DNA of 64,000 nt from Candidatus Avelusimicrobium faecicola (GCA_021636085.1 JAJWNA010000002.1:28690-92689), one strand, 5' to 3'; shown: positions 9,637 through 19,543, counted from the stretch's first letter. Program-made: numbers and translations. Notes: generated by a model from the sequence alone, not told the origin.

Positions 9637-10395
9637 ATGAAACACTTACCCGCTTTGCTTGCCTGCCTGTTGTTTTCTTGCGTGTGCGCGGCCAAAACGC
9701 ATGTGGAAATTGCCGAACAAAACGCCCAAAGCGTGGTGGCCGTAAATGTGGTTAAAAAAGACGGCTCCACCTTTACGGGAACGGGGTTCGTCGTCAGCCA
9801 AAACGGCCTGATTGCCACCAGCCGCCACGTTTCCGACAACGCCCTTTTTATCAACATTACCTTTAACAATGGGGCCGTATCAGACGAAGCCAAAGTGGCG
9901 GCCGAATCCCAACTGGTGGATTTAGCCTTACTCAAAATACCGGCCCAAGGGTTGCCCACCGTCACCCTGGGGGATGCGCAAACCGTTTTGCCGGGGCAAA
10001 TTATTACCGTTATCGGCAACCCGCGCCGCTTGCAAAACACGGTTTCTTCCGGCCTTATCAGCCAAGTGCGCAAAAAAGCCAACGGCGTGATTTGGCACCA
10101 AATCAGCGCGCCCATTTCCCCCAGTTCCAGCGGCAGCCCTGTGTTTAACGAGGACGGCGACGTAATTTCCGTAGCGTTTGCCAGTTTTAAGGGGGACGGC
10201 AACCAAAACTTAAACTTTGCCGTTCCCGCCAACTACCTGGCCCAACTGATAGACAAAGCCGGGTATCTGCCGCCGTTGCGCCCGCTGGCGGCCCCCGCCC
10301 CGCAAAATGCCTTTGTGCGGCATATTCAAAAATCGTGGCACATTGTAAAGGGGTGGTTTGGCCAAAACCCGGCCCCCGCCCCGGCGGAAGAATAA
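9637..10395 (+). CDS. secreted trypsin-like serine protease (S1/DegP-like catalytic domain without PDZ)
   Basis: Signal peptide present. Catalytic triad context is visible (TGTGFVV..SRHV; DLALLKI; GNPRR..SSSGSPVF). Confidence 0.75.
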   Translation: MKHLPALLACLLFSCVCAAKTHVEIAEQNAQSVVAVNVVKKDGSTFTGTGFVVSQNGLIATSRHVSDNALFINITFNNGAVSDEAKVAAESQLVDLALLKIPAQGLPTVTLGDAQTVLPGQIITVIGNPRRLQNTVSSGLISQVRKKANGVIWHQISAPISPSSSGSPVFNEDGDVISVAFASFKGDGNQNLNFAVPANYLAQLIDKAGYLPPLRPLAAPAPQNAFVRHIQKSWHIVKGWFGQNPAPAPAEE

Positions 10396-10510
10396 ATTTC
10401 CCTTGAAAAATAGCCCTTAAATGGGTAGACTATTGGTATCCACCCAGGGGGCGCTTTTTGGCGCGGCCCAAATGTTGGAGCGAATTTTTGTTTTATTTCA
10501 AGAGGAACTT

Positions 10511-12556
10511 ATGAAAAAACGCATTGGAAAAATTGTTCTAATCTCACTGGTTAGTATCGTTTTGCTGTTTTTGCTGTTGCCCTTTATGGCCCCCGGCACC
10601 GAGGCGCCGCAAGGCACTAAAAAAGCAAACCCGCAAATTTTTACGTCTAACCCGCTAACCGCTTTGGTAAACCGGATTGCCGCGGTGTTTCAAGGCAAAC
10701 AAAAACGGTTGGAACGCAAGGCCGCATTGGCCCAGGCCCAAGCAGATGCCGCCAACGCCAAATTAAACGAGCTGTACGCCTCCGCCCAAAACGCCCCGGC
10801 CGAAAGCCGTTATAGCGCCGCCGCACCCGGTACGGAAAACGGAGAAACCCCGCGCTTTAACCAGCCCAACGCCACCCAAGACGAAGACGGCAACTGGGTC
10901 CTCGTCCGCCAGACGGCCCCGGAAGGCGCCGGGCGCGGTATGCACGAAATAAACTCGGATGATGACGCTTACGAGCGCTACGTCCGCCAAGAACGCGCCG
11001 CCCGCTACACCCCTGCTTTAGCGCCCGAGTCCGACGAAGAACAATCCGCCTTCGCCCGCGTGTTTGCACCTATTAAAAATTTCTTTGGTTTTGGCAAAAC
11101 GCCGGCCCAAAAAGCCGGGGTAGGCCCGGATGCCCTGGCCTTAGCCGGAGGGGACGGGCTCGGCACCACAGACGGTAAAACCGCTTCTACTTCCGCGCGG
11201 CAGAAACCGGGCATACCTAATATTACGCTCAATACACGGCCGGCCGCAGGCGCCAAAAATGCCGCACGCGGCGGGGAATATGCGGGGCCGTTCACGTCCG
11301 CCGCCGAAATGTTTGACCCCATGGTTGCCATTGACCGCGCGACCGAGTGGGCTTTGAAAAATTCCGACGAAAGCCTTACTACCGAAGAACGCGAATCTTT
11401 GCAAGAAAAACTAAAAGCGTTCCGGGAACAAAAACGGGCCGAATTAGCCGCCATGCTGGATAAACAAGTCCAGGAAGCGGCCGGAGATGCCCCGGCTACG
11501 GACCGCCTGCCCAGCACCATCGGTTGCCGCGGGGAAAGCGGTTCCTTATACAATACCGGGGAACAAGTTTGCTCTATTTCCCATTCTATATCCGAAGACC
11601 CCTCCGCCTGGAAAGATGCCAAAGCCCTGGAGCAAAGCAAACAGGCCGGGCGCCAACAAATGATTGAAAAATTAAACTTACAGCAGTTAACCGATAAACT
11701 GCCCGAAGTAAACGTACTGGTTGTGTTAGGTAAAACGAACCATTTAATGCCGCCGGATGCCCAAGAGCAGGAGGGCAACGCCTCTACGTCCGACATGCGG
11801 GAAGTATACAACGCCCTGTTAAAAACCCAAGGGTGCGACAAAGGCGACTGCTACTGGATTCCCAACCGGGTGCAGCAATACCCGGACGTGCGCGAAGCCG
11901 TGACCGCCGCCGGGGTAAACCCGGTGGAAGACCCGCTGGATATTTACCAGAAAATTGCCCAAAAAACCTTGGAAAATTTGGATAATGAAGCGGATTTGAG
12001 CGACGAAGCCACCCTTCGTTTTATGGAAATCCAACGCAATTTGTCCGAAAAAGCCCCGGCGTATATTCCCATTACGCGCGCGCAGTTAGACGAACTGAAC
12101 GCCCGAAATGACGATAAAAACCTGTTGAACCCGCAAACGCGCAACAATAACCTGGTGTTTTATGTGCCGGACCCGCAAAACGCCCGGGACATCCGGGACG
12201 CCTTCCAGGAAAACCCGGCTTTCTTTGTGTGGGGTAAAGACGGCTCCGCTTTTGAAAGAGGAAATAACCTCACCGCCGAAGAACGCGGGCAAATTGTGCA
12301 GGAAGACTTAACCGAGCGCGTACAACAAATGGGCGCGTTCGTGCGCCAGGTAGAACAAGGGCTCCGCCAGCAAAATATTGCCGACTCCGCCCGCGCCGCC
12401 GCCGAAAAAGCCGCCGGTAAATCCACCAAAGAATTAAACCGGGCCATTAGAAGTATTAATAAATCCGCCGCCAACAAAGGTGCGGCCAAAAACGGCTCCC
12501 CAAAAACCGGGGCCAAACGCTCCGGCGCTAAAAAAAGTGCCGGCAAGCGTAAATAA
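10511..12556 (+). CDS. membrane-anchored, largely disordered hypothetical protein with a Lys-rich C-terminal tail
   Basis: Start is trimmed to MKKRIGKIVLISLVSIVLLFLLLPF (signal anchor) with an AGGAA RBS. The 681-aa product is low-complexity Ala/Gln/Glu-rich and ends ...GAKRSGAKKSAGKRK. Confidence 0.55.
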   Translation: MKKRIGKIVLISLVSIVLLFLLLPFMAPGTEAPQGTKKANPQIFTSNPLTALVNRIAAVFQGKQKRLERKAALAQAQADAANAKLNELYASAQNAPAESRYSAAAPGTENGETPRFNQPNATQDEDGNWVLVRQTAPEGAGRGMHEINSDDDAYERYVRQERAARYTPALAPESDEEQSAFARVFAPIKNFFGFGKTPAQKAGVGPDALALAGGDGLGTTDGKTASTSARQKPGIPNITLNTRPAAGAKNAARGGEYAGPFTSAAEMFDPMVAIDRATEWALKNSDESLTTEERESLQEKLKAFREQKRAELAAMLDKQVQEAAGDAPATDRLPSTIGCRGESGSLYNTGEQVCSISHSISEDPSAWKDAKALEQSKQAGRQQMIEKLNLQQLTDKLPEVNVLVVLGKTNHLMPPDAQEQEGNASTSDMREVYNALLKTQGCDKGDCYWIPNRVQQYPDVREAVTAAGVNPVEDPLDIYQKIAQKTLENLDNEADLSDEATLRFMEIQRNLSEKAPAYIPITRAQLDELNARNDDKNLLNPQTRNNNLVFYVPDPQNARDIRDAFQENPAFFVWGKDGSAFERGNNLTAEERGQIVQEDLTERVQQMGAFVRQVEQGLRQQNIADSARAAAEKAAGKSTKELNRAIRSINKSAANKGAAKNGSPKTGAKRSGAKKSAGKRK

Positions 12557-12566
12557 CTTTTGCACA

Positions 12567-12595
12567 CCGGGCCTTGCTAAAAGGCCCGGTTTTTA
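12567..12595 (+). terminator. rho-independent terminator
   Basis: ccgggcc-ttgctaaaa-ggcccgg followed by ttttt. Confidence 0.6.
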
Positions 12596-12713
12596 TACGG
12601 GCCGGGCCCCGCTAAAATTACTCCCTTAAATTAGGCTTTCCAAACACACTTAAAACGGGTATAATTTTAATAGTATGAACAGCCCTTTTGCGGGGTTTAT
12701 TTAAGGAGTTTTT

Positions 12714-13271
12714 ATGAAAAAACTGATTCCATTTTTGCTGGTATTCTGCACGCTGGTTTGTTTAGCCGGGTGCCGCGGTTCCAAAGAAGCCCCCTATGAC
12801 CGCTCCGATTATAAACAGGAATATGAACGCCTTTTCCGCCGGAATGTTTTTGCCCAGTGCGAAAACATGGGCACTTTTTATGCCACTTATTGCCTGGCCC
12901 GCCTGGACCAAAAACCGCACGGGGAAGACCCGCGCTACAAAGTGACTTTTCTGCGCGGGCCGTTAAAGGGCAAAACCGTGCTTACCCGCCGCGTAATTAC
13001 CAAAACCCTGCCGGTGGATGCGGGCCCGCTCCCCAAAGGCATGGTGGTTTTGCGCAATTTTGATAACCCGCGCAACGCCTATGATACCGAACACCTGGAC
13101 CGCTGGCACTTGGCCGTGGTACACGATACCACCCATGCGGACAAAGGCCACATTGAATTAGAATTCCCCCGGGATGCAAACGATTTTATGGCCGCACGCG
13201 AAAGCATTTATCTGCACAACATCCGCTATGTAGTAAAACCGGAAGTCAAAGATATCCGCGTTTGGTTATAA
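12714..13271 (+). CDS. lipoprotein of unknown function
   Basis: Signal peptide with lipobox LAGC, and an AAGGAG RBS. Confidence 0.6.
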   Translation: MKKLIPFLLVFCTLVCLAGCRGSKEAPYDRSDYKQEYERLFRRNVFAQCENMGTFYATYCLARLDQKPHGEDPRYKVTFLRGPLKGKTVLTRRVITKTLPVDAGPLPKGMVVLRNFDNPRNAYDTEHLDRWHLAVVHDTTHADKGHIELEFPRDANDFMAARESIYLHNIRYVVKPEVKDIRVWL

Positions 13272-13293
13272 TTTTTTATAAGGAGCCGATACT

Positions 13294-14031
13294 GTGAAAC
13301 TTAAAACTTTGTTATTTGCCTTTTTAGCCTTTTTCCCGTTGGCCGCCCAGGCCGAACAAGGCGACCCGGTTTCCATGGAAACCATGCTGTTAGACGTGCC
13401 CACCGCGGAAGTGTTGGACCGCTACCAGGCGTCCTTTACCACCCGCGCGTATTCGCACGGAACGGTTATGGAAAGCATAGATTTTGGCGTTTATCCCCGC
13501 ATTAACATCGGCATTTCCGTTGCCTCGCACGAGCTGGTGGGGGATTCGTCTTCCGTTAAAGTGCTGGACCCGGATTTTCAGGCCAAATGGAAAATTTTTG
13601 ACGGCAATTTATACATCCCCGCTATTGCCATCGGCTACGACGGCCGCCGCTATGGCTATGGCTACCAAAACCGCATTTATACCTACCCGGTAAATAAAAA
13701 TAAAGAATATATGGACGACCGCAAGGGCGGGTATTTGTCCCTCACGCGGGAAATTATTATTCCGGGTTTGGATGCCACCGCCGGGCTGAACTTTTCCGAT
13801 TTTGACTTTGACGAATTATATATGTTTACCGGTATGTCTTACACCGTTCAGGATACGGTGGGGTTAGTGGCCGAGTGGGATAACATCCGCAACGTGCGGG
13901 ACTCCCGCTTGAATATTGCCGCGCGGTTTTATTTGCACCCCTCTCTGGTGTTGGATGCCGGCGTACGGCGTATCGGCCGCGGGGACGAAAGCGAACGCAT
14001 TTTGCAAATCCGCTACGTCACCAATTTTTAA
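13294..14031 (+). CDS. outer-membrane beta-barrel protein (unknown function; GTG start)
   Basis: Signal peptide. Amphipathic beta-strand pattern and a C-terminal aromatic residue (..YVTNF), typical of outer-membrane proteins. AAGGAG RBS 6 nt before the GTG. Confidence 0.55.
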   Translation: MKLKTLLFAFLAFFPLAAQAEQGDPVSMETMLLDVPTAEVLDRYQASFTTRAYSHGTVMESIDFGVYPRINIGISVASHELVGDSSSVKVLDPDFQAKWKIFDGNLYIPAIAIGYDGRRYGYGYQNRIYTYPVNKNKEYMDDRKGGYLSLTREIIIPGLDATAGLNFSDFDFDELYMFTGMSYTVQDTVGLVAEWDNIRNVRDSRLNIAARFYLHPSLVLDAGVRRIGRGDESERILQIRYVTNF

Positions 14032-14055
14032 CATTCAGACATTGTTTTTTTAGCC

Positions 14056-14090
14056 GGCTCCGCGCCCCTGCGGCGGCGGAGCCGCTTTTA
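14056..14090 (+). terminator. weak terminator-like hairpin
   Basis: GC-rich hairpin ggctccgc...gcggagcc followed by gctttta. Confidence 0.35.
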
Positions 14091-14101
14091 TACGAGGACT
14101 T

Positions 14102-14560
14102 ATGAACCAACAATTAACGCCCAAACCCGGCGCACCGCAATTCAAAAGACGCACGATTTTTATTAAAAAATCGCTCCAGTTGCGCTATATGATGCTTATT
14201 ATTTTCAGCGTACTCATCGGCCTAGGGATTATGACCTTTGAACTTTCCGCCACGCTGGATGAAATTTTTGACCGCTACCCCGTACTCATACAACCGCTGT
14301 ATGATAATTTACTGCCTATTATGACCTCTTTTGCCTACAAACTGGCGCTTTATATTTTATGTGTGGTGGTTATTTCCGCCCTGGTATCGCACAAAATGGC
14401 CGGGCCGGTATACCGTTTTGAACAAGTGTGCAAAGCTATTGCCAAAGGGGATTATTCCCAGCGCGTGCATTTGCGCAAAGGGGACCAATTTATGGATTTG
14501 CAAGATGCCTTCAACCAAATGATGGATAAAATACAGGCGGATATGCAAAACAAAAAATAG
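14102..14560 (+). CDS. stand-alone 2TM-HAMP domain protein (no output domain)
   Basis: Two TM helices followed by a HAMP consensus (GPVYRFEQVCKAIAKGDYSQRVHLRKGDQFMDLQDAFNQMMDKI). The ORF ends 8 nt before the TolC-family gene. Confidence 0.6.
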   Translation: MNQQLTPKPGAPQFKRRTIFIKKSLQLRYMMLIIFSVLIGLGIMTFELSATLDEIFDRYPVLIQPLYDNLLPIMTSFAYKLALYILCVVVISALVSHKMAGPVYRFEQVCKAIAKGDYSQRVHLRKGDQFMDLQDAFNQMMDKIQADMQNKK

Positions 14561-14568
14561 GGGATATT

Positions 14569-15879
14569 ATGAAAAAATTACTGCTTTTAATACTGGTGTT
14601 CTGTGCCGCCCAGGCGGCATTCGCCCAAAAAGAATACGGCATTAAATTTTCCAGTTTAATTAATGATGAACTCACGCTGGAAAACGCCATCCGCCTGGGG
14701 TTGGAAAACAATACGGATTTTTTAACCGCCCGGCAAGAAATTATTATTGCCGAACAAAAAGTAAGCGAGGCTAAATTTATGTTCTTCCCGCAAGTGGCCC
14801 TGCAAGGTACGGCCACTTGGTTTCATTTGGACTACCCGATGGTACTGCCGGAATCCGTTGCCAACCGCTTTATTTTAAGTGATGACCTCATCCGCTTAAC
14901 GGACGACTCCTATAAAAACCAGTTTTACGGGGTGGGCATTACCGCCACCCAGTATTTGTATTCGGGCGGGCGGATGTCCGGCGCCTTAAAAATGGCCCGC
15001 GCCAACTTAAAACAGGCCCAAAGCAAATACGATACCGTTAAAAATGCCGTGGTATTAAACATCAAAAAGGCATTTTTCAATTTACAATACGCCCAGGAAT
15101 ACGCCCTCTTGACCGAAAAAGCCACCCAAAAAGCCACCCGGTATTACAAAAACTCCGTCTTTTCCCCCTGGGAGCGGGTGCAAGCCCGGGCCGAATGGGC
15201 CCGCTTTACGGTTGCGCAACACGCCGCCCTGCACGACCTCAAACAAGCGGAACTGGCCATGTTGGTAGCCTTAAATAAAGAGCTGAACTCCCATGTAAAA
15301 GTGGTGGGGGCGTTCAAACCCGTGCAGGTGGATTTGGATTTGCCGCACCTCAATTTATGGTCAATGGAGTTTCGCCCGGAATTAAAATCCGCCATTTATG
15401 CGTTGGAATTGGATAACCTGGCCATAGATTTAGCCCTTTCCCGCCGCTACCCGGATGTAATTTTAACCGGCAGCTATGAACAACTGGGCTATGATAATTT
15501 AGATGCGGTCAACAAACAAATTTCTTTAGCGGTGCGGTTGCCGTTTTCGTACAACATAGCCAACCAATCCGCCCAAAAAAAGGCCGAACAACGCCAAAGC
15601 ACGTTGCGCCGCTCCGCCATAGAAGATAAAATCCATGTGCAAGTGGCCCAGGCCCACGCGGCCATGACGTTTTGGCAAACGGAAGTGCTTACCCGGCAAG
15701 AAACCTTTAACGACGTTTCCGCCCAACTGACCAAAGCGGAACGGACCCCCTTATCCGGCTTGTCCCCCCTCCGCGCCGCACAGGCTTATTTGCAAACCGG
15801 CACGGATTATTACCAGGCCATTCGCAATAACTTAACCGCCAAAGCCCAACTGGAATGGGCTATCGGCAAGGATTTATAA
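14569..15879 (+). CDS. TolC-family outer membrane efflux protein
   Basis: Signal peptide. Two-repeat OEP architecture with the typical coiled-coil and beta-barrel periodicity. Confidence 0.75.
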   Translation: MKKLLLLILVFCAAQAAFAQKEYGIKFSSLINDELTLENAIRLGLENNTDFLTARQEIIIAEQKVSEAKFMFFPQVALQGTATWFHLDYPMVLPESVANRFILSDDLIRLTDDSYKNQFYGVGITATQYLYSGGRMSGALKMARANLKQAQSKYDTVKNAVVLNIKKAFFNLQYAQEYALLTEKATQKATRYYKNSVFSPWERVQARAEWARFTVAQHAALHDLKQAELAMLVALNKELNSHVKVVGAFKPVQVDLDLPHLNLWSMEFRPELKSAIYALELDNLAIDLALSRRYPDVILTGSYEQLGYDNLDAVNKQISLAVRLPFSYNIANQSAQKKAEQRQSTLRRSAIEDKIHVQVAQAHAAMTFWQTEVLTRQETFNDVSAQLTKAERTPLSGLSPLRAAQAYLQTGTDYYQAIRNNLTAKAQLEWAIGKDL

Positions 15880-16844
15880 TGCACGCAAAAAGCATTTTTC
15901 TATCCGTTTTAGGGTTTATTTTACTGCTTGTTTCCGCCCAACCGGCCCTGTCCCTCGGGCGGGAAACGGATGACGAAATTTTGCGCAATTTTTTATGGGA
16001 AAAACTCATCCAACTGCCTAAAAACAAACGCCCGCAAATCGGGGTGGCCTTGTCCGCCGGCGGCGTGCGCGGCTTTGCCCATGTGGGCGTGCTGGAAGTA
16101 TTAGACAACGCCGGCCTGCCCATAGACAGTATGGCCGGTACGTCCATGGGCTCGGTGGTGGGGGCGCTGTATAGTGCCGGGGTGCCTACCTCCAAATTAT
16201 GGGAAATCAGCCGCCACATGACGCTACAAAAAATCACGCCGGACTTAAACGTGGGCGGGCTTTTGCGCTTTTTACTGGCGCGGCAACTGCCGTCTTCCAG
16301 CAATATGGAAAATTTCTTAAACGAACAACTGGGCGAAATGCGCTTTGAAGATATGCAAATTCCCTTTTCCTGCGCGGCGATGGATGCCAAAACCGGGGAG
16401 CGCGTTTTATTCAATTCCGGGCCCTTGGCTATTGCCGTGCGCGCCAGCATGAACCTGCCCGGCATTTTTGCCCCGGTAGAATACCGCCACCGCCAACTGG
16501 TAGACGGCGCCGTGGTGGATTATCTGCCCACCGAAACCCTGCGCAGTATGGGGGCGGATTACATCATAGCCTCCGTCACGCCGCCGGATTTTTCGTCAGA
16601 TGCGCCCCAATCTATTGCCGCTTACTTTTTGCGCGTGGGGGATGTACGCGGCGCGGCGATGATAGAAGAATCCTCCAAAAAGGCCGATTTTGTAATTACC
16701 AACCGGGTGTTAAACATTTCCACCTTGGAACTAAACAAACTGCCGCAAGCGGGCGAAGTGGGGCTCAAAGCCGCCACCCTGGCATTGCCTTCCTTGCAGG
16801 AAGATTTACTCTTAAAAATGGGGCGGTATGTATATGAACCTTAA
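15879..16844 (+). CDS. patatin-like phospholipase (RssA/YchK family) with signal peptide
   Basis: GGVRG oxyanion motif, GTSMG nucleophile elbow, and DGAVVD catalytic Asp. The start overlaps the TolC stop (TAATG). Confidence 0.8.
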   Translation: MHAKSIFLSVLGFILLLVSAQPALSLGRETDDEILRNFLWEKLIQLPKNKRPQIGVALSAGGVRGFAHVGVLEVLDNAGLPIDSMAGTSMGSVVGALYSAGVPTSKLWEISRHMTLQKITPDLNVGGLLRFLLARQLPSSSNMENFLNEQLGEMRFEDMQIPFSCAAMDAKTGERVLFNSGPLAIAVRASMNLPGIFAPVEYRHRQLVDGAVVDYLPTETLRSMGADYIIASVTPPDFSSDAPQSIAAYFLRVGDVRGAAMIEESSKKADFVITNRVLNISTLELNKLPQAGEVGLKAATLALPSLQEDLLLKMGRYVYEP

Positions 16845-17820
16845 AACCGTGTGTTTGGCGCTGTTTGCGTGCTGTTTAACCGGGTGCGCCGGGCAGGCGG
16901 GGCTGCTGGGCTTTGGGGTGCTTTCCACCCAAGACCGCAACGACTACCGCCACGCACGGGATTTATTTAATGCCGGGAACTATCAGGCCGCCGTGGCCGA
17001 TTTATCCAATTACATTTACAAAACCCGCAACGTGCGCCGCCGGGAAGTGCGCGCCTACCGCCTGTTGGGGAAAAGTTATGAACATTTGGGCAATTTAAGC
17101 AGTGCGTTGGAAACGTATTTGGAAGCGTTGGAATTTCACCCGAAAGACGTGCCGCTTTTATTGGCCGCCGCCACCTTGTACAACCGCACCGGCCTGACCG
17201 ACCGCGCCATAGAACTTTACGAACGCGCCTTGCAGTTGGAACCTTCCAACCAAAATGTTTTGGCCGGATTAGGGGAAGTGTATGTAAAAACCGGGTTTTA
17301 TTCCAAAGCCCGCGGCTATTATGAAAAACTCTTTGCGCTGTATCCGCAGGCGGCCGCCGTTCACCGGGCCCGCTATGCGGCCTCGTTTTACCAGCAAAAG
17401 GATTTTGCCAACGCTTTTATTCACATTACCCTAGCGCTGGAACAAGAGCCGGAAAATGCCGATTTTTGGCTTTTAAGCGCCAAAGCACAGCGCGGGCTCA
17501 ACCGTTTAACGGCGGCCCTGAACGATTTGGACCTAGCCCTGTTATTAGCACCGGAGCGGGAAGATTTGCAAGCCTACCGGGCGTTGTGGCTCCACCAAGC
17601 CGGGCAATACGACGCCTCCGACCAAACCGCCCGCTATATATTGGCCCGCTACCCGGAAAACGAACTGGCCCGCTTTGTACTGGCCATGAATGCCAGCGCA
17701 CGCGGCCAACACGGGGAAGCCAAAAAGCATTTAGCCCAAATACGCGCCGACGACAAAGACACTTTTATCCACCGTTTTGCCCAAGCCTTGCAGAACCCTC
17801 CAGCAAAAAAGGCGCCTTAA
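16828..17820 (+). CDS. TPR-repeat lipoprotein (BamD-like?)
   Basis: Lipobox LTGCAG followed by multiple TPR units. Resemblance to BamD is weak. Confidence 0.55.
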   Translation: MYMNLKTVCLALFACCLTGCAGQAGLLGFGVLSTQDRNDYRHARDLFNAGNYQAAVADLSNYIYKTRNVRRREVRAYRLLGKSYEHLGNLSSALETYLEALEFHPKDVPLLLAAATLYNRTGLTDRAIELYERALQLEPSNQNVLAGLGEVYVKTGFYSKARGYYEKLFALYPQAAAVHRARYAASFYQQKDFANAFIHITLALEQEPENADFWLLSAKAQRGLNRLTAALNDLDLALLLAPEREDLQAYRALWLHQAGQYDASDQTARYILARYPENELARFVLAMNASARGQHGEAKKHLAQIRADDKDTFIHRFAQALQNPPAKKAP

Positions 17821-17864
17821 TTTCCCGGCCGGGGGCACATCTTCCCTTGTATAAAGCACAAAAA

Positions 17865-17892
17865 AATCCGCCTGAAATAAGGCGGATTTTTT
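17865..17892. terminator. bidirectional rho-independent terminator
   Basis: aatccgcc-tgaaataa-ggcggatt flanked by an A7 run upstream and a T6 run downstream. It lies between the convergent TPR (+) and PmbA (-) genes. Confidence 0.65.
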
Positions 17893-17908
17893 ATCAGTAA
17901 ACCTTTGT

Positions 17909-19543
17909 TTATTGCGGCTTTGCCACATACGGCGCGCGGTCCGGCTGTTCATCTCCGGCCCACAATTCCATTTCATCCACCAGTAAAGACGGCACCGTCA
18001 CGGAATGAGCCTCTAAACCGAATTTCTGAAAGGTTGTTTCATCCGTTCCGGCGGCTAAAATATCGCGCAAGGCGCGGGTGGTTAAATTGCGCGGCACCAT
18101 CCCGTACACCGGCTCTTCCCGGCCGTCTTTTACATAAATGCGGGTTAAACGCATCGCACCCGGGCCCGCCATGGTTTCCAAGCGGTAGCCGTATTCCAAA
18201 TCCAACGCTTTACAGCGGGCGATTAACTTTTGTTTCATTTCATCCGGCGTAAAAGCCTGCTCCGGCGTGATAAACAAATTGGTAATGCCTGCCCGCGGGC
18301 GTTTGTTTTCCGTCATACGCGCATGGCCGTTGCTGGCTTTGCGCGCCGCCGGCAAACTGCGGCTGAACGGCAAGTCGGTCAATTTTCCGTTTTTAACCAG
18401 TGTAATATCCTGCGCGGCAACGCCTTCCATATCCACCGGGAAATACCCCAACAGGGCCGTGCCTTTATAACTGCTTAAAAGCGGGCGGTCCGTAATGGTA
18501 AAGCCGGGCGCAAAAACACGCTGGCCCAGTTTATCCTTAAATTTGCCGGCGGTGCCGCCTCCCTCCGAATCACTAAGCAGGGCCGTGGTGTTGCTGATTT
18601 CCGGCACTAAAAGCGAACGGATAAAACCGGCCGCGGCCTGCGGGCTTAACAGCACCGGGCCCAAATACGGCTCGGCTTTCCGGGCCGGATAAACCCCATT
18701 TATAGCGGCAAACCACTGGTCTGCTTTTTCCAGCAGTTCTTCCTGCGGCGGGAAAGGCGTATCTACATAGTTAAACTCGGTTTCAAAGCGTTGCCGGTAG
18801 CCGGCTTTGTTGCGCAGTTGGGCCGTTAAATAAATACTCCGCACCGTATGCCCTAACCGCCACGCCCCGCCGTGGTTGTCCATATACCAATAGTTCAGGC
18901 GTTGCCCGGAAACCCGCGCCCGGGCCACATCCAAATAGGCGTATTTCTTCCCTAATACAGAAATTTCACGCGCCAAACGGTTCATATCTTCCGGCTTATC
19001 CAATTCGGCGGTATCTGCCGGGCCGATAAACCGGGCCGCCTTGGCCGGGGCAAAATCCTGGCCTGTTTCTTTCAGCCGTTTCTTGCGCTTATACGCTTCT
19101 TTTTGGGAAAACATTTCTAATGCTTGGCGGTATTCTTCGTCGGTTGCGCGCCAAAACCCCTCGCGGATTCCCGCGTAATTCCCGGCCGGGAAATATACCG
19201 TTGTGGGCGCGTACGCATACAACATACCCAGGGCACGCTCCGCCTGGAAATTATTGCTGTTTTCTTTGGCGTTCCCTACAATCATATTCACTACCGCGGT
19301 GCGCAACGGCTCGTTTTGCGCCGCGGTGGCCGCTATTTCCAACTCTCCCCACGCGGCTTGTGCGCGGAGCCCGGAAGATTGCGTCAATACATAAGAAGTA
19401 AAATAAGGACGCACGGAATCTTTTAATTGCAATTTTTTATGGGTGCGGGCCAGTTCATCTTTCATGGCGGAAAAGTACACATCCTGCGCCGCGCAAAAAC
19501 CGCCGCCCGCTACTACTAAAAGCAAAGTAAACAGTAATTTCAT
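17909..19543 (-). CDS. secreted PmbA/TldE-family metallopeptidase
   Basis: Signal peptide. TldD/PmbA-fold C-terminal region lacking HExxxH. Its start abuts the stop of the TldD-like gene (catTTA). Confidence 0.65.
   Translation of the reverse strand: MKLLFTLLLVVAGGGFCAAQDVYFSAMKDELARTHKKLQLKDSVRPYFTSYVLTQSSGLRAQAAWGELEIAATAAQNEPLRTAVVNMIVGNAKENSNNFQAERALGMLYAYAPTTVYFPAGNYAGIREGFWRATDEEYRQALEMFSQKEAYKRKKRLKETGQDFAPAKAARFIGPADTAELDKPEDMNRLAREISVLGKKYAYLDVARARVSGQRLNYWYMDNHGGAWRLGHTVRSIYLTAQLRNKAGYRQRFETEFNYVDTPFPPQEELLEKADQWFAAINGVYPARKAEPYLGPVLLSPQAAAGFIRSLLVPEISNTTALLSDSEGGGTAGKFKDKLGQRVFAPGFTITDRPLLSSYKGTALLGYFPVDMEGVAAQDITLVKNGKLTDLPFSRSLPAARKASNGHARMTENKRPRAGITNLFITPEQAFTPDEMKQKLIARCKALDLEYGYRLETMAGPGAMRLTRIYVKDGREEPVYGMVPRNLTTRALRDILAAGTDETTFQKFGLEAHSVTVPSLLVDEMELWAGDEQPDRAPYVAKPQ

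Noticed and set aside
11005-11841. 278-aa antisense ORF opposite the disordered hypothetical gene.
   Set aside because: It lacks a start or RBS context and has a low-complexity Ser/Ala/Cys composition. It is a compositional artefact of GC-rich sequence.
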